A stretch of DNA of 15,990 nucleotides from contig JAYTHY010000015.1 of assembly GCA_043732185.1 (NCBI GenBank), positions 1 through 15,990 on the forward strand, read 5' to 3'. This stretch comes from Fibrobacteria bacterium (lineage in GTDB: Bacteria > Fibrobacterota > Fibrobacteria > UBA11236). The notes under the pieces were generated by a model. That model did not search any database, was not told where the DNA came from, and was given only the letters and a program-made list of their open reading frames with translations. A program made the translations under genes and the position numbers. Shown here piece by piece: positions 15,538 through 15,990 of this stretch; the first letter of the stretch is position 1; each line of letters begins with the position of its first letter.

Positions 15538-15585
15538 AGCTGTGAACCTAAAGCAGTGAACTTAGAGCAGTGAACCTAAAGCTGT
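15531..15585. repeat. Tandem repeat, 4 copies of a 14-bp unit (first copy 13 bp)
   Basis: GAAC-TAGAGCTGT, GAACCTAAAGCAGT, GAACTTAGAGCAGT, GAACCTAAAGCTGT. Spans the stop codons of both convergent ORFs. Confidence 0.85.
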
Positions 15586-15950
15586 TCCTTCTGCCCGTGA
15601 TACACACTCTTACCAGTGATCTTATCGATCTCATTACGTAAGCGGAACTCAAAACCATATTCCCCTTCGCCTATTACTTCCGTAAACGGGGCGGTGATTT
15701 GCCCCCCCCGCATGACGCTTCGAAAAAACAAACTGCAATGGCCAAAAAAGGATATTTGTTCCTGCGCTGGAATAGTGGATTTGGTTCGACGCGAACGACG
15801 GAGATTTTTTAATCCGGTTTTGGTCTCGTAAAGACTCGCCTCCCTGAAAGTCAGCCAAGCCATGATGGAAAGCCCCAATAAAAAGACTGCCAATAACCAA
15901 AGACCCGCCTGACCCTGAGCTGCACTGCTTCCAATATCCGACACATACAT
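15576..15950 (-). CDS. Hypothetical protein with one N-terminal hydrophobic helix
   Basis: ATG 15950 is preceded by a purine-rich AAGGGGG. LWLLAVFLLGLSIMAWLTF is followed by a basic stretch. The frame is open to the window edge and may be a decayed or composite ORF. Confidence 0.4.
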   Translation of the reverse strand: MYVSDIGSSAAQGQAGLWLLAVFLLGLSIMAWLTFREASLYETKTGLKNLRRSRRTKSTIPAQEQISFFGHCSLFFRSVMRGGQITAPFTEVIGEGEYGFEFRLRNEIDKITGKSVYHGQKEQL

Positions 15951-15990
15951 GAGATCGCCCCCTTGTCTTTTAATTCTATCACTGGGCAAA

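Noticed and set aside
15531..15585. CRISPR array
   Set aside because: The units are 14 bp and contiguous, with no spacers and no cas genes.

Overview
Bacterial chromosomal accessory region. The core (4249-10474) is an apparently intact four-gene module. An orphan NtrB-type histidine kinase with an N-terminal V4R/HNOB-like domain, 2 TM helices and a GAF domain is transcribed divergently from a coupled three-gene operon: PilZ-PilZ-GNAT (FeeM/LuxI-like acyltransferase), a heme-oxygenase-like diiron enzyme (HDO), and a second PilZ-PilZ-GNAT paralog. I read this as a candidate c-di-GMP-gated system for making and sensing an acylated small molecule; that function is inference. Around the core are four intact-looking type II toxin-antitoxin operons (HicAB, Phd-VapC, HI1419/HI1420-like RelE-HTH, AbrB-RelE) and one broken AbiEii locus. 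Most of the 'intergenic' DNA is a patchwork of internally deleted gene scraps: AAA_14/DUF4143 ATPases, a second vapBC, a possible KAP NTPase, and a second copy of the GNAT 3' end. An ABC-F gene (uup-like) closes the region on the right. No integrase, intact transposase, CRISPR array or RNA gene was seen. Family calls come from motif recognition by eye, not from database searches.
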